Shown here in pieces: positions 14,365-28,150 of a stretch of 64,000 nt of DNA (within the stretch, counting starts at the first letter, position 1; every line of letters starts with the position of its first letter). The stretch lies in the NCBI GenBank assembly GCA_964016885.1, contig OZ024742.1, positions 350,672,001 through 350,736,000 of the forward strand. Reading direction: 5' to 3'. A model generated the notes under the pieces. The model worked only from the letters and a program-made list of their open reading frames with translations, did no database searches and was not told the DNA's origin. This DNA comes from Eledone cirrhosa. Its lineage: Eukaryota. The position numbers were made by a program, and so were the translations under genes.

Positions 14365-16456
14365 ATGCAATACCTTTAGAAAGTACATTGTATATATATA
14401 TATAATGTACTTTTTAAAGGTATTGCATTTCCCGCACGATGGCCATCATATCAAAATTCGTTAAACATAGAGTTTTCAGAAATTTCATAAGCTTCATCCC
14501 ATTGTAGCATCCTTTGAAAACATGAAATCATTTGTCGACAAAGGAAATGGTTTTCCTTGGCTATTAAAACATTATTGAATTCAGGTATTAGTAGTTGTTA
14601 GAAAAGTTTTGTGAGGAAGAGTTTTCTTAGGAGCTCGTATATTAGGATAAAACTCTATAACATCAGACGTCTGACATGTGAAACTACATTTGCCATATCA
14701 GTAAGACATGTCGTAAGGGATGTTCTAATTATGAGCTGCATAAAATTGTTTCTGGCTAAGAAACCAATACCTGAATATATATTACTCACATGTTCATATT
14801 TTCTGCAAGTATTGGGGGATGTCATACTATATTTGAAAGGTGTTACTAAATTATCTAATTTAATATGTACAATGAATTAACAGCATTCAGTATGAAATTA
14901 CAGAACATATAGTTTTAACGCTAGTTGGGTTTAAGAACTAAAGCTAAAGTGACGTCCGAGGTACAGGAAGTACCTGCTCATCAGTAGTGTACGAGGATAT
15001 TAATATTTAGAATACATAAAAGATTTATAGAAAATTAATTGTATTTTCCGTGAAATCGAATATGTTCTCTCAAAACCTTCGTCACAATGAACTCTTAACG
15101 AAAGCTACACGAAAATCTATCTGACATTTTTCATATCCGTTTGTATTTATTTCTCACTTAAATAGTTGACTTTAAATAATTAATCAACTGTCAGTCTTCA
15201 GCAGTATTCATTTACCTACATCCGTGAAGTTATAACCATTTATATAAAGTTGTCACTGATATACGTATAATTGTTTCCCCATTACATTTCTCTGATAAAC
15301 TGAATGTTTACAAATGCTTGTGATAATATGGATGAAATTACTCATGTCTCTTTGTTCGTAACTGTCTGCAGCAATACATTCATGTAATCCAGATTTCAAC
15401 TTCAATAAAATGAGTTCAATTGATAACTTTATTTAGCAACATAAAGTATCTTATATCATAACAATTCACAAAAAAAATGAATGTTCGGCTACCCAGAGTA
15501 GAGTGTCCGAGTATGTATATCATTATGCTGCAACCTCTGTATGCCTGCTATATATACTAAACACTCTAGCAATTTAATTATTCATTTTTATTCGCAATGC
15601 ACAAGGGTAAAGAGCACAACAATGATTCATAAGAATATACTGTCCTGGGCCTATATAGAAATTAACATTAGGGCACTTAAGCAATTAACTGTTCGACTAA
15701 ATACCTTGAACTATTGTTCGTTGTTCGTTAAATGCAATTCACACAATTCTCTGAGACTTTACTAAATTCGTATTTAATTTTGTAAAGACTAGGGCGAATT
15801 TATAGTTCAGAAATATATGGTTTGTTGTTATATTCTGTGGAGAGGTGTCTTCCGTAATATATACATGTTATAATATATAAGCTGAATTGATAACTGGGGT
15901 ATGATGTATAACATCTGTCACAGAAAATCAATAATGGAAGTGCTTTTCTCGTTAAGCCAACATTTGGTAAAATAACATGCTTACCAGTTCGATGCCATAC
16001 CGTGGCGTTTTGCCACTTTAGCAAGCATATTTTAACGTAACCCCAGTTGAATCGATATCTTGTAAGCTGAAGATGAACACCGAAAACATTGTTGAAACCA
16101 CACACACATACACACACACACAGAATTATGCATTGCGAATGTTCTTTTCCAATCGATAATTTTCTATTTGCATATGCAAATGAGTACCTACAACATTCTA
16201 TATAGATAACAATCTATTTCATGCCAGTACATTTTGAGTGAGTACCACCAGCTAAATATTAACAAATCTTGAAAACGCCCTGTTTGATATTCTCAGAACA
16301 TACTCGCAACTCTGAGATATATTCATCGAGGAAAATAAAGAAAAACAATTATTTTCGTTTCCTTACCAAAGATATGTGTTCCTTGGGCAACTAGGTTAAC
16401 CGTGCCTCTGTTTATTATATATATTTATATATGTTTTCATATCCACATCTCCTTCT

Positions 16457-16535
<79 letters not shown>

Positions 16536-16539
16536 GGTG

Positions 16540-16610
<71 letters not shown>

Positions 16611-16672
16611 ATGTGTGTATGTGTGTATGAATGTTTTATATTATGAGGAATGCAAAAAATATTAGAACTTAC

Positions 16673-16806
16673 AAATTTTGTTCCCAATTTATCTACGGAA
16701 CACCGCAACGTCGCTAATTCCCCTCGTCTGTATGTGACATTGGTTGGGGTAGGAAGAAATCTGGGTATTTGCGTCGACATGATGCTTGGCATAATAACAC
16801 CGATTA
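16673..16806 (-). CDS. Internal coding exon of an immunoglobulin-superfamily cell-surface protein (Dpr/DIP/zig-8/lachesin-like), N-terminal half of the first Ig domain
   Basis: Minus strand reads ccttctattttcag|TA ATC GGT...GGA ACA AAA TTT|gtaagt, 134 nt, phase-1 acceptor and phase-0 donor. Translation IGVIMPSIMSTQIPRFLPTPTNVTYRRGELATLRCSVDKLGTKF has the P-x-F...NVT...G..A.L.C.V..LG.K pattern of Dpr-like Ig domains. The expected next exon (V-x-W) was not found in the window. Confidence 0.85.
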
Positions 16807-17477
16807 CTGAAAATAGAAGGATGTTGTTTTCATTAGATCAAGAATCATTTTAAAACAGAGTCAACAATATTAAAGGTCTAACATATTTTTTAAGATTAAT
16901 TTTTATTTTAATTATTGAAAAAAAAAAGATACATTTCAAAAAGTAATCAGAAACTTTGTTTTTAATTTCCTAATGTGTTTTAAATATAACATTTATATTT
17001 CAATTATTATAATTAGACTGATATTTATGCAGGAACTGATTATGCTCGTCATGATTATAATTATTGTAATTCAAGTATAATTATATTAGTAACTATTTTA
17101 GAGGTAAGGGCAATTTGGCTGTATCGATACAACTACTTGCTACATCCTTATTATATCGACCTGGAAAGGATGAAAACCAAAGTTAACCTCGGCAGGATTT
17201 GAACTAAGAATGTAATGTGCCGGGACAAACACTGTTACACAATTGTCTGATGTTTCACCGTCTCTATCAATCCCATACGCCTACAATTATATTGATAAAC
17301 ATGTTTAATACTGTCACTAATATTTTCAGAGTTCTGTAATTTGATTCAATAGACAAAAGGTTAGTAGTGTCAGTGAAGTGACGTCACCTCCCGTTCAACA
17401 TCAACCCAGAATTTAGAAGAAAGTACATATTATGTAAGCCATCTTCTCCGATCTATTAAGGACTCACTCAATTATAA

Positions 17478-17554
<77 letters not shown>

Positions 17555-17558
<4 letters not shown>

Positions 17559-17807
17559 ATTTTAGTATCGTGAGAGAGTAGAGGTTTAAAGGGATAAGCG
17601 ATAAATTTGGTTAGTTGCCAAAAGCTGGTGCATTTGTCCTCAGTACTAGTGCCTACAGTGTTAAATATCGGAAGCGTTGATATTTAGTCGGCGAGAATAT
17701 AAGTAGAGCGGTTACAAATGAAAGGATTACAAAGGAGAATATAGACTGTTAGAACATGTTTATACAATACCACCTACGTACGTTTCGCCCGAAAAGGGCT
17801 TCTCAAG

Positions 17808-17810
<3 letters not shown>
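17555..17810 (-). mobile_element. PLE-like end (H6) between (TA)n tracts, U3-A8 HHR at 17771-17810
   Basis: Minus strand: cc-TTGAGAA-gccc[ttttc]gggc-GAAA-cgtacg-TA-gg; helix III is the palindrome ACGTACGT. Homolog at 42041-42135 (+). Confidence 0.7.
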
Positions 17811-17884
<74 letters not shown>

Positions 17885-17885
<1 letters not shown>

Positions 17886-18070
17886 GTAATAATAATAAAT
17901 GTGAAGACTAAAATCCAAAGAGGGCTCGATAAGGATGAATATATATCAAATATATAAGAACCCTAGAGCAAATATTTATTAAAATAACAGATTAACGTTT
18001 AAGCAAAGAATCGCTGCTTCCACCCTTTCTTTTTAGTTTCAGAAGATCCCGTTAAGAGTGAAAGCAGAGA
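17885..18070. mobile_element. Family H7 end (minus, 17885-18030) with short inverted piece (18035-18070)
   Basis: Shares TAAAATAACAGATTAAAGTTTAAGCAAAGAATCGCTGCTTTCACCCTTAACGGGATCTTCTGAAACT with the 31.8, 37.4, 53.3, 53.7 and 54.0 kb copies. Confidence 0.75.
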
Positions 18071-20477
18071 TTGAGTGAAATTTTGATTGACAGGTGGAGA
18101 AGGAGAAGAACCAAACAGTGGGCAACCATGAGTAGCTAAACATACCGGTGACGTGTACAATTCTTGATCACTCATGGAATGACAACAGGATCTAAATCAA
18201 CAAACGAAAGAATTCGATGTTAAAGGACAATAGGAAAATCTGCTTCGTAGAATCGAGATGTATCCGAGGACTGCGCGATTTCAGAGGCAGGTTTGATCAC
18301 CATATCGATCGTACCTCGAGCTGGTCGCCCGATAAACAATTGTAATATATCCAATAAATTCCTCTCGTCGCAACACTGATTCTTTCATTTCTGTGATATA
18401 TATATATATATATATATTTAACACACTTCAATCATAAGTGACTGGTAAATAGAGGGATCATTTGAACTTTGCCAGATCAGCTGTAAATGTGCACCATCAT
18501 GTAATACTGGCGAGACAGACGCCTTAGTAGTCATAGGACCTGCTAGAAATATCAGCCGAATAGGTTTCCAAGTAGATCCTGTGGTTTCCTGGTTAAGCGA
18601 AGTTATTGGGTTAGGTAATTCTAGATACACAGATACTAAATGCTCAAGAAAGTCGGTGGTGGGGCATCGTAGCTGAAACCTTATTAATAATGGGCGGATA
18701 TGAGTAGTGTTGGGTGGGTTTAAACAATGCCAAAAGCTCTTATTCCACGAAATAAAATGGGTCACTGAAATGCAAGAATATATGTCAGATATATATTTGG
18801 ACATCCGATAATGTATACTCTGTTGATTCGGCTGAAACGTAGTGTTTGTCCATGTACCAATTACGAGACGATACGATTCGCCTGATATAACAAATCTGAC
18901 TTGAAATGATGGACATGAAAGGACCAAAAATATATCTAATGTATTTTTAAAATATATTTCTTTGTTAGGAAAGAAAGCCAGGATTTCATATTGTCTGTTT
19001 AAGACCAAACCCTGTAACGTAGATACAACAGTAATTGAATATATCTGGAATTCTCGTATTTTTAGTGAAGACACATTTTTGGTTCGTCTCAATTTTTCTA
19101 CTGTTTCCGCTTTTCTTTTTCAACTAAATTCTACCTTTTAAAACAGAAATCTATTAAAAAGCTTCGTAAATTGACATACACTTGTGTTTCACCATCGCTA
19201 TTAGCACCAAAAACAACAAAAACCAACAACAATATCAAATAAGATATTTCACTTTGTTTAGAGTGCTACAACGATGGATGATTCTTGTTTAGATGGAGTT
19301 AAAGAGCTTCTTGAAATAGTAACAGGCAGAATAAGAAGAAGGGATACAAACAAGTTTGAATGGATACAATATATTGTTAAATATCAGTGTCTAGCTATGT
19401 ACAGTTTGATATAATAGACAGAGACCCCCCCCTCTCTCTCGCTCTCTTTATCTCTCTGTTTCTCTCCCTCTAATACAATCAAAGTGACGCATATAACATA
19501 TATAATGGATATCCACAACGCTGGTGTGTCCTAAATGGTACCCAAAGTTATGAGTCTAATCGAGTCACAAGTAAAATATATTTTCTGAAGATGTGGGTTA
19601 TGATATCAAAACCAGAGCAATGTGTTTGCAAACCAATCGACAAAGTTATTTCTCAGCTTGGTATCTAAGTATGATACGAACTAATTTTGATTGTGTAGAG
19701 TTCTTTAGTAAATATTAGTAATATTGAATGAGCGTATGCTGTGTTTGTAAATGTTTTCAATCATCAAATATATATATACATAATGATTGTTATGTTCGTG
19801 ACTATTATATTGTGCCTTAGAATTAATATGTTTACAACATATAATGACACGGTGTATCGTAGAAACACAACATACGTCTTTAATATAACTTCAATAAATA
19901 TAAAGTATGTAATACTACTTTCAATATATGATAGCTTTGTAAATCTCATTCACTTACGCTTTTATGAAAAAAAAAAAATTCCCCCCACAAAAATAAAATA
20001 AATATTCACCAACACAATCCACATTTTTAAAGCAAAATACTTAAGAAAAATCTCTTTAGGATTGATTTAAGCATCCGAAGATTTATAATGCAGGCAGGAA
20101 TTAGATTACATGCCGCATTAAACATTAGTAAGAAAAACGAGAGAATGTGTTTCTTAAGATTTTGATATCAAACATGAAATGATAGAATATTTACTTGAAA
20201 ACGAAACCAAATCCATTCTCACACAAATAACGTAAGATAAAATAAATAAAATGAACATTGAGTGATTATGAAAAATAATGGATATATATCTTTATCATGA
20301 ATTAGGAATTCTCCTGTATCTAAATAATCTGGCTTTTCACACAGAGGAAGTGACGAGCAAACCTCAGTGATAGAAAGACAAATTGGTCATAATAAGCATT
20401 TATATATGTATTTATAAAGCGTTTGAAACCGCTCTATTATCTGAGGATTTGAATCATATGATCCTCATAGAAATAAC

Positions 20478-20790
20478 AACCCAACCAGGAGCTGGACATA
20501 TCGGAGTATTGACGAAGTAAAACACTTCAACAACATGTGTACCTGTCTCTACCACACCAATTCGGACTGCCTGAAGAGGTCACAGCCAATGATGGCTGTC
20601 ACCGAAATATATATAGCAGTATATCTTTAATAAACGAAGCCAAATTTTAAATATTTGACTTAATTATTTTACATTAGTCTGGAGTAACCAAACCAACCTG
20701 CGTACTTTGTAGAGTGCTCCAATCTGCATACTGAGGTGTTGGTAAACAACCAACATATACTAAAAAAAACACAAAAAAAACAAATATATA
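20478..20790 (+). mobile_element. Family H1 solo copy with canonical HHR at 20566-20620
   Basis: actgc-CTGAAGA-ggtcacagcca[atga]tggctgtcacc-GAAA-tatata-TA-gcagt; ends in A-run and (TA)n. Confidence 0.8.
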
Positions 20791-20969
20791 TATATATATA
20801 TTGCCCGGATCTATTCATTGGAATCTTTGAGCATATTCTACAGTGGATATGGGACATGTGTCTCAGACATGACAACCTTAGTTTAATTTTTGAGCTAACT
20901 CAGTTGAAAGATCTCGATAATCCTATTGACGCCACTGGGATGACGCTGGTACGATATCTCTCTCTCTCT

Positions 20970-21002
<33 letters not shown>

Positions 21003-21039
21003 CACATATATACATATATATATATTTTTTTTTAATCGA

Positions 21040-21248
21040 TCGACTTTCGTCAAATCGGACCGAGGGAAAAATGTTTCCGTTGGTCTTTCCAATTGCTAAT
21101 ACTATCTATCGGTCGCAACTCCAGGTAGAAGGAGCAACGTGAAATAAAGTGACTTGCTCAAGGACATAACGAATCGCCTGGTCCAGGAATCGAACTCACA
21201 ACCTTACGATTGCGAATCCAATTCTCTAACCACTCAGTCACACGCCTT

Positions 21249-21250
<2 letters not shown>
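21040..21250 (-). mobile_element. SINE family B
   Basis: Minus-strand tRNA head (TGACTGAGTGG...GTTCGATTCC) plus GTCCTTGAGCAAGTCACTTTATTTCAC core. Confidence 0.85.
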
Positions 21251-21294
<44 letters not shown>

Positions 21295-21319
21295 TAAATA
21301 AATATATATAAAGATATAT

Positions 21320-21560
21320 GGAGGCACATGGCCTTGCAATCGAAAGGTTGTGAGTTCAATTCTCAGACCGGGTGATGTGTTGTTTCCTTGAGCAATACAC
21401 TTTATTTCACATTGCCCCAGTTTACTCAGCTGTAGTGGAATGATAGGGACCCCAGTCGAAAGGTTGTGAGTTCAATTCTCGGACCGGGTGATGTGTTATT
21501 TCCTTGAGCAAGACATCTTATTTCACGTTGGTCCAGTTTACTCAGCTGTAGAAAGTGATG
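21320..21560 (+). mobile_element. SINE family B with internal tandem duplication
   Basis: The segment TCGAAAGGTTGTGAGTTCAATTCTC...TTTACTCAGCTGTAG occurs twice. Confidence 0.85.
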
Positions 21561-22041
21561 ATAGGACTAAATCACTCAAGACACCTCCATGTTCCATGCG
21601 CTAAAGATTCTAATCCCCCGCTGTAGTATTAGCACAAGGACAGCAATGTGTACACAGGGGCAAGTAGATAATATCAGCTTCGGTATTTTAATGGCATTTT
21701 ATGTTATCGAGTCCCAATGTCCCAAAGGATGAAATACATTGTTGGCCTCTGAGGGATTTGAACTCAGAACGTAAAGGGCCGTAACTACAAGATATTTACA
21801 AGTTCTCGTAATGAACCCCAGACGAAAAATATTTATCTACTTAGTAACAATTGAAACGCTGCGAAGGCTCGTGTTATTGTAAGTATAAATAATTGATGAA
21901 CAAAGATACACCTGAAGGACGTTGGATAAATTATGGTTTGATCTTGGTATTGTTTGATTAACGGAAAGTTTCTCACTGTTACTTACACCTAGATATTGGA
22001 AATATTAGCCATAAGGTAGAAACACCGACAATAGAAAAGTA

Positions 22042-22229
22042 CCGTATATATTCGAATATAAGTCGATACTATTTTATTTCTGAGAAATAGCTACAAATAC
22101 AAAACTTATTTACGTAGAATTTGAAATTAGTGAAAATCGTCAAAATATTGACCTCAATTATAAGCCGACCCCGTTCTCCCATCGACCATTTAGTTACTTG
22201 TTTCTCAGCTTATATTCAAGTATATAGAG
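22042..22229. mobile_element. Tc2/pogo-like MITE (Tc1/mariner superfamily)
   Basis: TA|CCGTATATATTCGAATATAAGTCGA ... TCAGCTTATATTCAAGTATATAGAG|TA: degenerate TIRs with TA target duplication. Confidence 0.7.
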
Positions 22230-23641
22230 TATTTCATAAATGTCTGAGGTGTACGCCAAACATTTCTGCAAATATTGTGAAGAGAGATAATTCCTAATTT
22301 ATGTCCAAGTCCAGCAATTTTTGGAAAGGATAAAGGTGATTATATTAACCCAGGTCTACATTTACGGCTTCGGAAAGATGAAACATAAAGTTGACCACGC
22401 TGGGATTTATATGAGAACGTCACTAGCCGGGAAAAATACGGCTTAGAATGTGTCCGAAGCTCAAATGAATTTGTCAATTCAACTCCCGAACAAAAGAGAA
22501 AAAGAAAAACCCAATACCTCACTATTAGAAGATGAATATTTCAACGTACATAGCAATCTCTCATACTTTACTATCTATTGCTAACAGGTTGGATTAACAT
22601 ACTAAAGTAGAATCGATTCGGATGCAGATGTTATAGGAAGACATTTAACTACATATCTTACATGGATGGCGTTGTATGCAGTAGAAAATAAACGAGGAGA
22701 AACAGTGGCTGAAGCAGTAGTACACGAGAAGTGATGAATTCCGATGAGGAAAATGCTCCAAGGCAAACCTCTTGAAATGCGGAACATTAATTAAGATCAC
22801 TAATAACAATTTACTGAAAGAAACGAAGATATAAGAATAACATCAAACGAAGACTTTGAGATATGTGGTAATAAATGAACTAAACAGTGTATGAAACAGA
22901 AGATTGAAAGAAACGTTTAACACGGAATATTTTAGTACAGCTAAAACAGAGGTAAATTTAAAATATAATTTAAGATCTAACTGTTTCCTTTAACAGTTTA
23001 TATGCTTAACTGCAAATTAGATAATCAGAACGAACAAATAATCAATACAAGCAATATGTCATCATTCACAATATACTAGAAACGTGATGATATAGAAGGA
23101 ACACAGAGAGTTCCTTCTATATCAAAAGCTTTGGGCCACACGAGAAAAACATATATTAAAATATTGTCTACGTAAGTCCAGCAAAATATCCAATGGAATT
23201 CATTTCAGACATAGCAAAGCAACCAATTATAATATTCCCTGATGAAATCCAATAAACATAAACCAGGGGCTGACGTAACACGACAATTGTGATGGGGAAT
23301 TGTGTAAAAATCAGGGAATAGCTATAAACTTAGTTACGATAGGCTTAGAGAATACATGCGATGGGGATGTAAGAATATATACTACATAAGAAATTACTGA
23401 AGATACTGAAGAGGGTGGAATTAGAAATAACACAAAAACGGTTCTGAAGTGTCGGATTTAAGGTTGAAAGTGATAGATCCTCGATCTTCACAGTGTAGTT
23501 ACGTAAGTATTGGCAGAGACGTTGGTAATAACACCAAATAAGAGAACTGAAATGATGAGGAACTGCAAATATCAAACCATTCAACAGATACACAAGAAAA
23601 GAAAGAATCCGCTGAAGGAATGCACACATACACGCAGACAT

Positions 23642-23688
<47 letters not shown>

Positions 23689-23798
23689 CATATATATATA
23701 TCGAGACTCCCAGTAGACAACTGACGAGGAAAAGTTCATGCTTTTTATTCTTATTCCTATTTTTAAGCCTACCTTAACTAGCAACTACACAGCCACCC

Positions 23799-23862
<64 letters not shown>

Positions 23863-25136
23863 GGAAATAGGATAATAGCCGTGAAGTATCATGCCATAAT
23901 ACACTGGGTAAAAGATTAATTTACTTTACTTTGCTCTTCGTATTTTCTAGGACATTGTACTGAGTGATGGAAATGAACCCTAACATGGAATCAGACTACA
24001 GACTCGTTTGTCAGGAAAATAATATCTACGGTATTCCACTTGAGTATTAGGATATACTTTAACTGAAAAATATCACTTTTCAAAGTCTTGAGACGTACTG
24101 TCGTGAATTCCACTCGGAATATTAATAGTATTTCTTTCTCCACCATAAAATCTATCTAGTCGACGACGGCGTTATTTGAACTCCAAATCCGAAAACGATA
24201 AAACATGTTGGGTTAGTTATTTATTATCTCTCAATAACAGAAGTACTATAGGAATACTAACAATGCCTGGAATCTTATTTCCCAGGATAGATGTAGAAAA
24301 CAAAAGTGAACAATTCCATTTTGCTTCGTTTGTAATATCTCTCTTTATGCTTTATTAAAACTACTGCAAAGCAAATAAATGTTTAACAGACGCTAGAAGC
24401 GGCTCTAGTTTGCTATTGGAGAGGATAATCTCCTCTCTATGTGACTGAGTGTAAATGATGTTATTCATGTAGTCTTGAAATCCATTAAGATACCCAGTTT
24501 CAGTGGCTGTTTTAGAATATTAAAGAGCTGACCTTCGAACAGAAACGAATCAATTTTTGTTATTGCTTAGATTTACATTATACCATTGAAAGAGGCCAAA
24601 GCTAATATCCAAACAAACTACTTTCAAGCCTTTCTATTGAAACGATGCAATAAATTTGATCTGCCATTGTTATCTTGGGCGGATTTGTTATAGGTTAATA
24701 GCACAATTTGGTTAAGGGAATACAGAAAAGATTCTTCTAGTTGACCTTTCTTTGTAAATTCATTACAATGGTCTTGGCTGCTGTTCACATTTCAATATTA
24801 GTAAACAATAAAATATCTAACCAAATAATGTTGAGAAAAATGCTCAATAAAATGATAACTAGAGAAATAAAATAGTATTTAGATAAATGGAATAATAAAA
24901 ATGTTATTAAATAGGTTATATATTTGACGAATATCATGATGAAGATATGAAATAAAATCAACAACAATAGATAAATTATTGAAAAAGAATTGTTATCAAT
25001 ATACAACTCGAGATTTTATGGGGATAATAGTTTAAATACATTAAAGAGTTTAACCTCGTATTTTATCTAAACAATTTTGAAAAGAAATCTATTATGCTAA
25101 ATCATCCCAATGGAGATACAATTATTGATTTCTTAC

Positions 25137-25170
25137 CTAGACCAATATTTTTACAGTTATAGAGTAACAT
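25137..25170 (-). CDS. Candidate first coding (signal-peptide) exon of the Ig gene
   Basis: aacATG TTA CTC TAT AAC TGT AAA AAT ATT GGT CTA G|gtaaga, with an in-frame upstream stop. The phase-1 donor fits the phase-1 acceptor at 16806, giving MLLYNCKNIGLVIGVIMPSIMS-TQ. Could be chance. Confidence 0.3.
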
Positions 25171-25794
25171 GTTATGTTATGGCGTCCATCCTGTTACCAT
25201 TATATTTGATGATGAGAACGAAATGAATTAGCTCTAAGCCGGAACGATAAAGGAGCTGAAAAAGAGTGCGCAGAGTCTGCATATTATATATAATAAACCT
25301 TCCCACATTACAGATTTTGCCATCAAGTAACAGATTGAATTTAGTGAGATTGAATAGATTTTATACCATGTGCTAAAGTGAAAATGACGTTCGGCGCAGT
25401 GGGCTCGCCCAAGGGAAAGTAACGTTACCGTAGTATCAAAGCTCACCACTGCTCCCATTCGCTGAAAATTATGAATGTTGAATTCTTGTAGAATTCCAGT
25501 AATAATGAGGAACTGATTATAGAGAGCAGTTGCCGGTTAGGCAAACATTGAAAATTAGAATAGGTGCTCTGAAATAGCGAGATATATATGTATCTATATA
25601 TAGTGTATTTTGCAAGTACCAACAAGTACGAAACAGAGCTCGGTCAGCTTATCTCGCCTGTTTGCTGAAAATGGAAGTAAGTGACACTGTCACTACTTTA
25701 AAACAATAGCGTAAGATGTTCTAAATGCTTTTAATTAAGCATACAGTGTATTGCAAAATACACTATATATATATGTATATATATATATATATCG

Positions 25795-26735
25795 GGGCAA
25801 CAAGTTATCATTATAGGTAATCCAGTTAGAGGTTGTGAGTACTCTGCGTCGTGGATAGTTTTAACGTACGGCTTTGTTTGACTCAACAAGATGTTTCCAT
25901 AGTTAGGCAGCGTGTTCAAGGTACTTCTTATGTAGGTTATACTTGGAGTAATAATAGTGAAAGAATGAAGAGTAACATGGTTGGCTGTACAACAAGGGGC
26001 TTTATTTCAGGTATTGACAATTCTTTCATTGATCAGGTGGGTCTAGAGGCCGCTAATCGCTTGAGGTTGCGTCACTCAATCTTCATTACATTATTTACCT
26101 CTGACACACTCATCAGAATACGAAAATATAAAAATAATTCGCTCAAGGCAAGATATATATAGATGAATAGCGTATATTCAAAATAATAACATCAATAATA
26201 AAATATATATGATAAATAGGTAGAGAAGTTACAGATGTAAAAAGTAAAAAGTAAAAAGTAAAAATAAGAAAAATTACATAAAAAAAGTAAGGAAATCGAA
26301 AAATATAAAGAAATAAGTAAGGATAAGTGAGAGCATGTAAGTACAGATTATGCTTGTGGTGGTGGTGAGTAAGTGTTCTTATAAGGATTCTGTGGTGGGT
26401 TTAGTGCTAACATGAAAAGTCATATTCGAAACATACATAGGTACGTGTAAAGAGTCTGGTGTATTGACATATAAAAGAAAAATGAGAAAGCAATAACTTG
26501 TGGGATTAATTGTGGGATACAAGTATCAGATTTAAGGGCTAAGCGTGGATGGTGAAAGGAGGTTTGACAAATGTGTGTGGTAAATGTTATGCTGATTGTC
26601 TTGACTTAATGGGTTCCCTATAAAGTGAAACAATTGTTCGCGGTATGGTGAACTAACTGTTGTGTTACTACTTCTACCAAAGTCGTCCCATGCACTGAGT
26701 GCTCTACCACTACGGATATTACCTTCCAGTGTTCT
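25795..26735 (-). mobile_element. Degenerate PLE 3' region (H8), HHR at 26011-26121
   Basis: Minus strand: gtatt-CTGATGA-[about 80 nt]-GAAA-gaattg-TC-aatac. Endonuclease-tail-like remnant at 26530-26735; bounded by microsatellites. Confidence 0.55.
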
Positions 26736-26737
26736 AC

Positions 26738-26856
<119 letters not shown>

Positions 26857-28004
26857 TGTGTGTGTGTGTGTACGTGTGCATACTTACACACACACACATA
26901 CACATACACATATATATATATGTATGTGTTAGTATTTCTGTGTATGTGTCTGTGTCTGTGTTTGTGTTTGTGTTTGTGTTTCTGTGTATGTGTGTGTGTG
27001 TGCGTGTATATATATATAGAGAGAGACAGACATAGAAAGAGGTAGGTAAACAACTAGAGAGAATGAACGATGTCTTTCTAATGATATATCTTCAAAACCT
27101 CACTAAAGTTTCAGGTGAAGATAATTTCTTCTTTAATATTCTCTCAAAACATCGTTGAAAACTTCATGACCTTAGTTACCATATTTAACTCTTTGCAGTT
27201 ATAAAAGAAGATCCCTAGCCCAGACAATGAACCTAACTCCTTATCTACGTAAAACTATTCCCATTGTATATTCCCACGAACACATTATTTCCATACACAT
27301 ATGCTCGTTCCCTAGTGCCTATATTAGAATATATTGTGTATCACTTACTTGAATGACGACATTTTGAAACATGCTTGTGTTATCTCTTTTTTTTTCATAT
27401 TTTATTTTGATAAAAATTCGTGTAAATTTTACAAGTGGATTGATCATTAAAAATAGTTCTAAAATCATGGATTTGCATTTAGTTTTTTTTTGTTAATGAT
27501 TTTCTCCATATAGTTACTTTGATGGAATGGCGGGGACTATCAATTGTTGACCTCCTTGCAATAAATCACAGGATATTCATGTACAGCTTCCGGTTGATTA
27601 CTGCATTTCTTTCTTTGGAAATTCTTTGAATGCTTTCGCTCAAAGTCGCCTCTCCGTCGTTTTGCTTTGCATCGGATCACTTGACGCTATTATCAATAAG
27701 GCTATCTGGTGACTTCTGCAAGAAGAGAAGCCATGTATGATGTTTTTTCCCTTGAGATAACTGTAACAACCACCCTTTGAACCTATCTGTTTCATTGTAT
27801 TTTGTTTGTCTGTATATTTTTGTTATCCTTGGAGCCAACTAACTATCGGATAAGAAGTAAATCTAGTCAATAATGTAATTCAAGACAACTTTTCTAAAAT
27901 GCTTTGTTCTTTGATGAAATTGATACTACCATTCCTAACAATAATAATAACACAAAGAGTATTAAGAAATGATAATAATACTAAGAATGCTGATGTTGTT
28001 GATG

Positions 28005-28007
28005 GTG

Positions 28008-28052
<45 letters not shown>

Positions 28053-28150
28053 GTATCAAGAAATAATATTAATAATAAGAATGTTGATGATGATGGTGAT
28101 AATAATAATAATAATATTAATAATAGCATCAATGATAATGATAGCATTAA
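28005..28150. repeat. (ATA)n/(GAT)n microsatellite
   Basis: Directly visible. Confidence 0.9.

Noticed and set aside
15985-16066. 82-nt segment with acceptor (catcttcag) and donor (gtaagc) on minus, just downstream of the Ig exon
   Set aside because: Translation LTRYRFNWGYVKICLLKWQNATVWHRT does not continue the Ig fold; it could be cryptic or non-coding but is unsupported.
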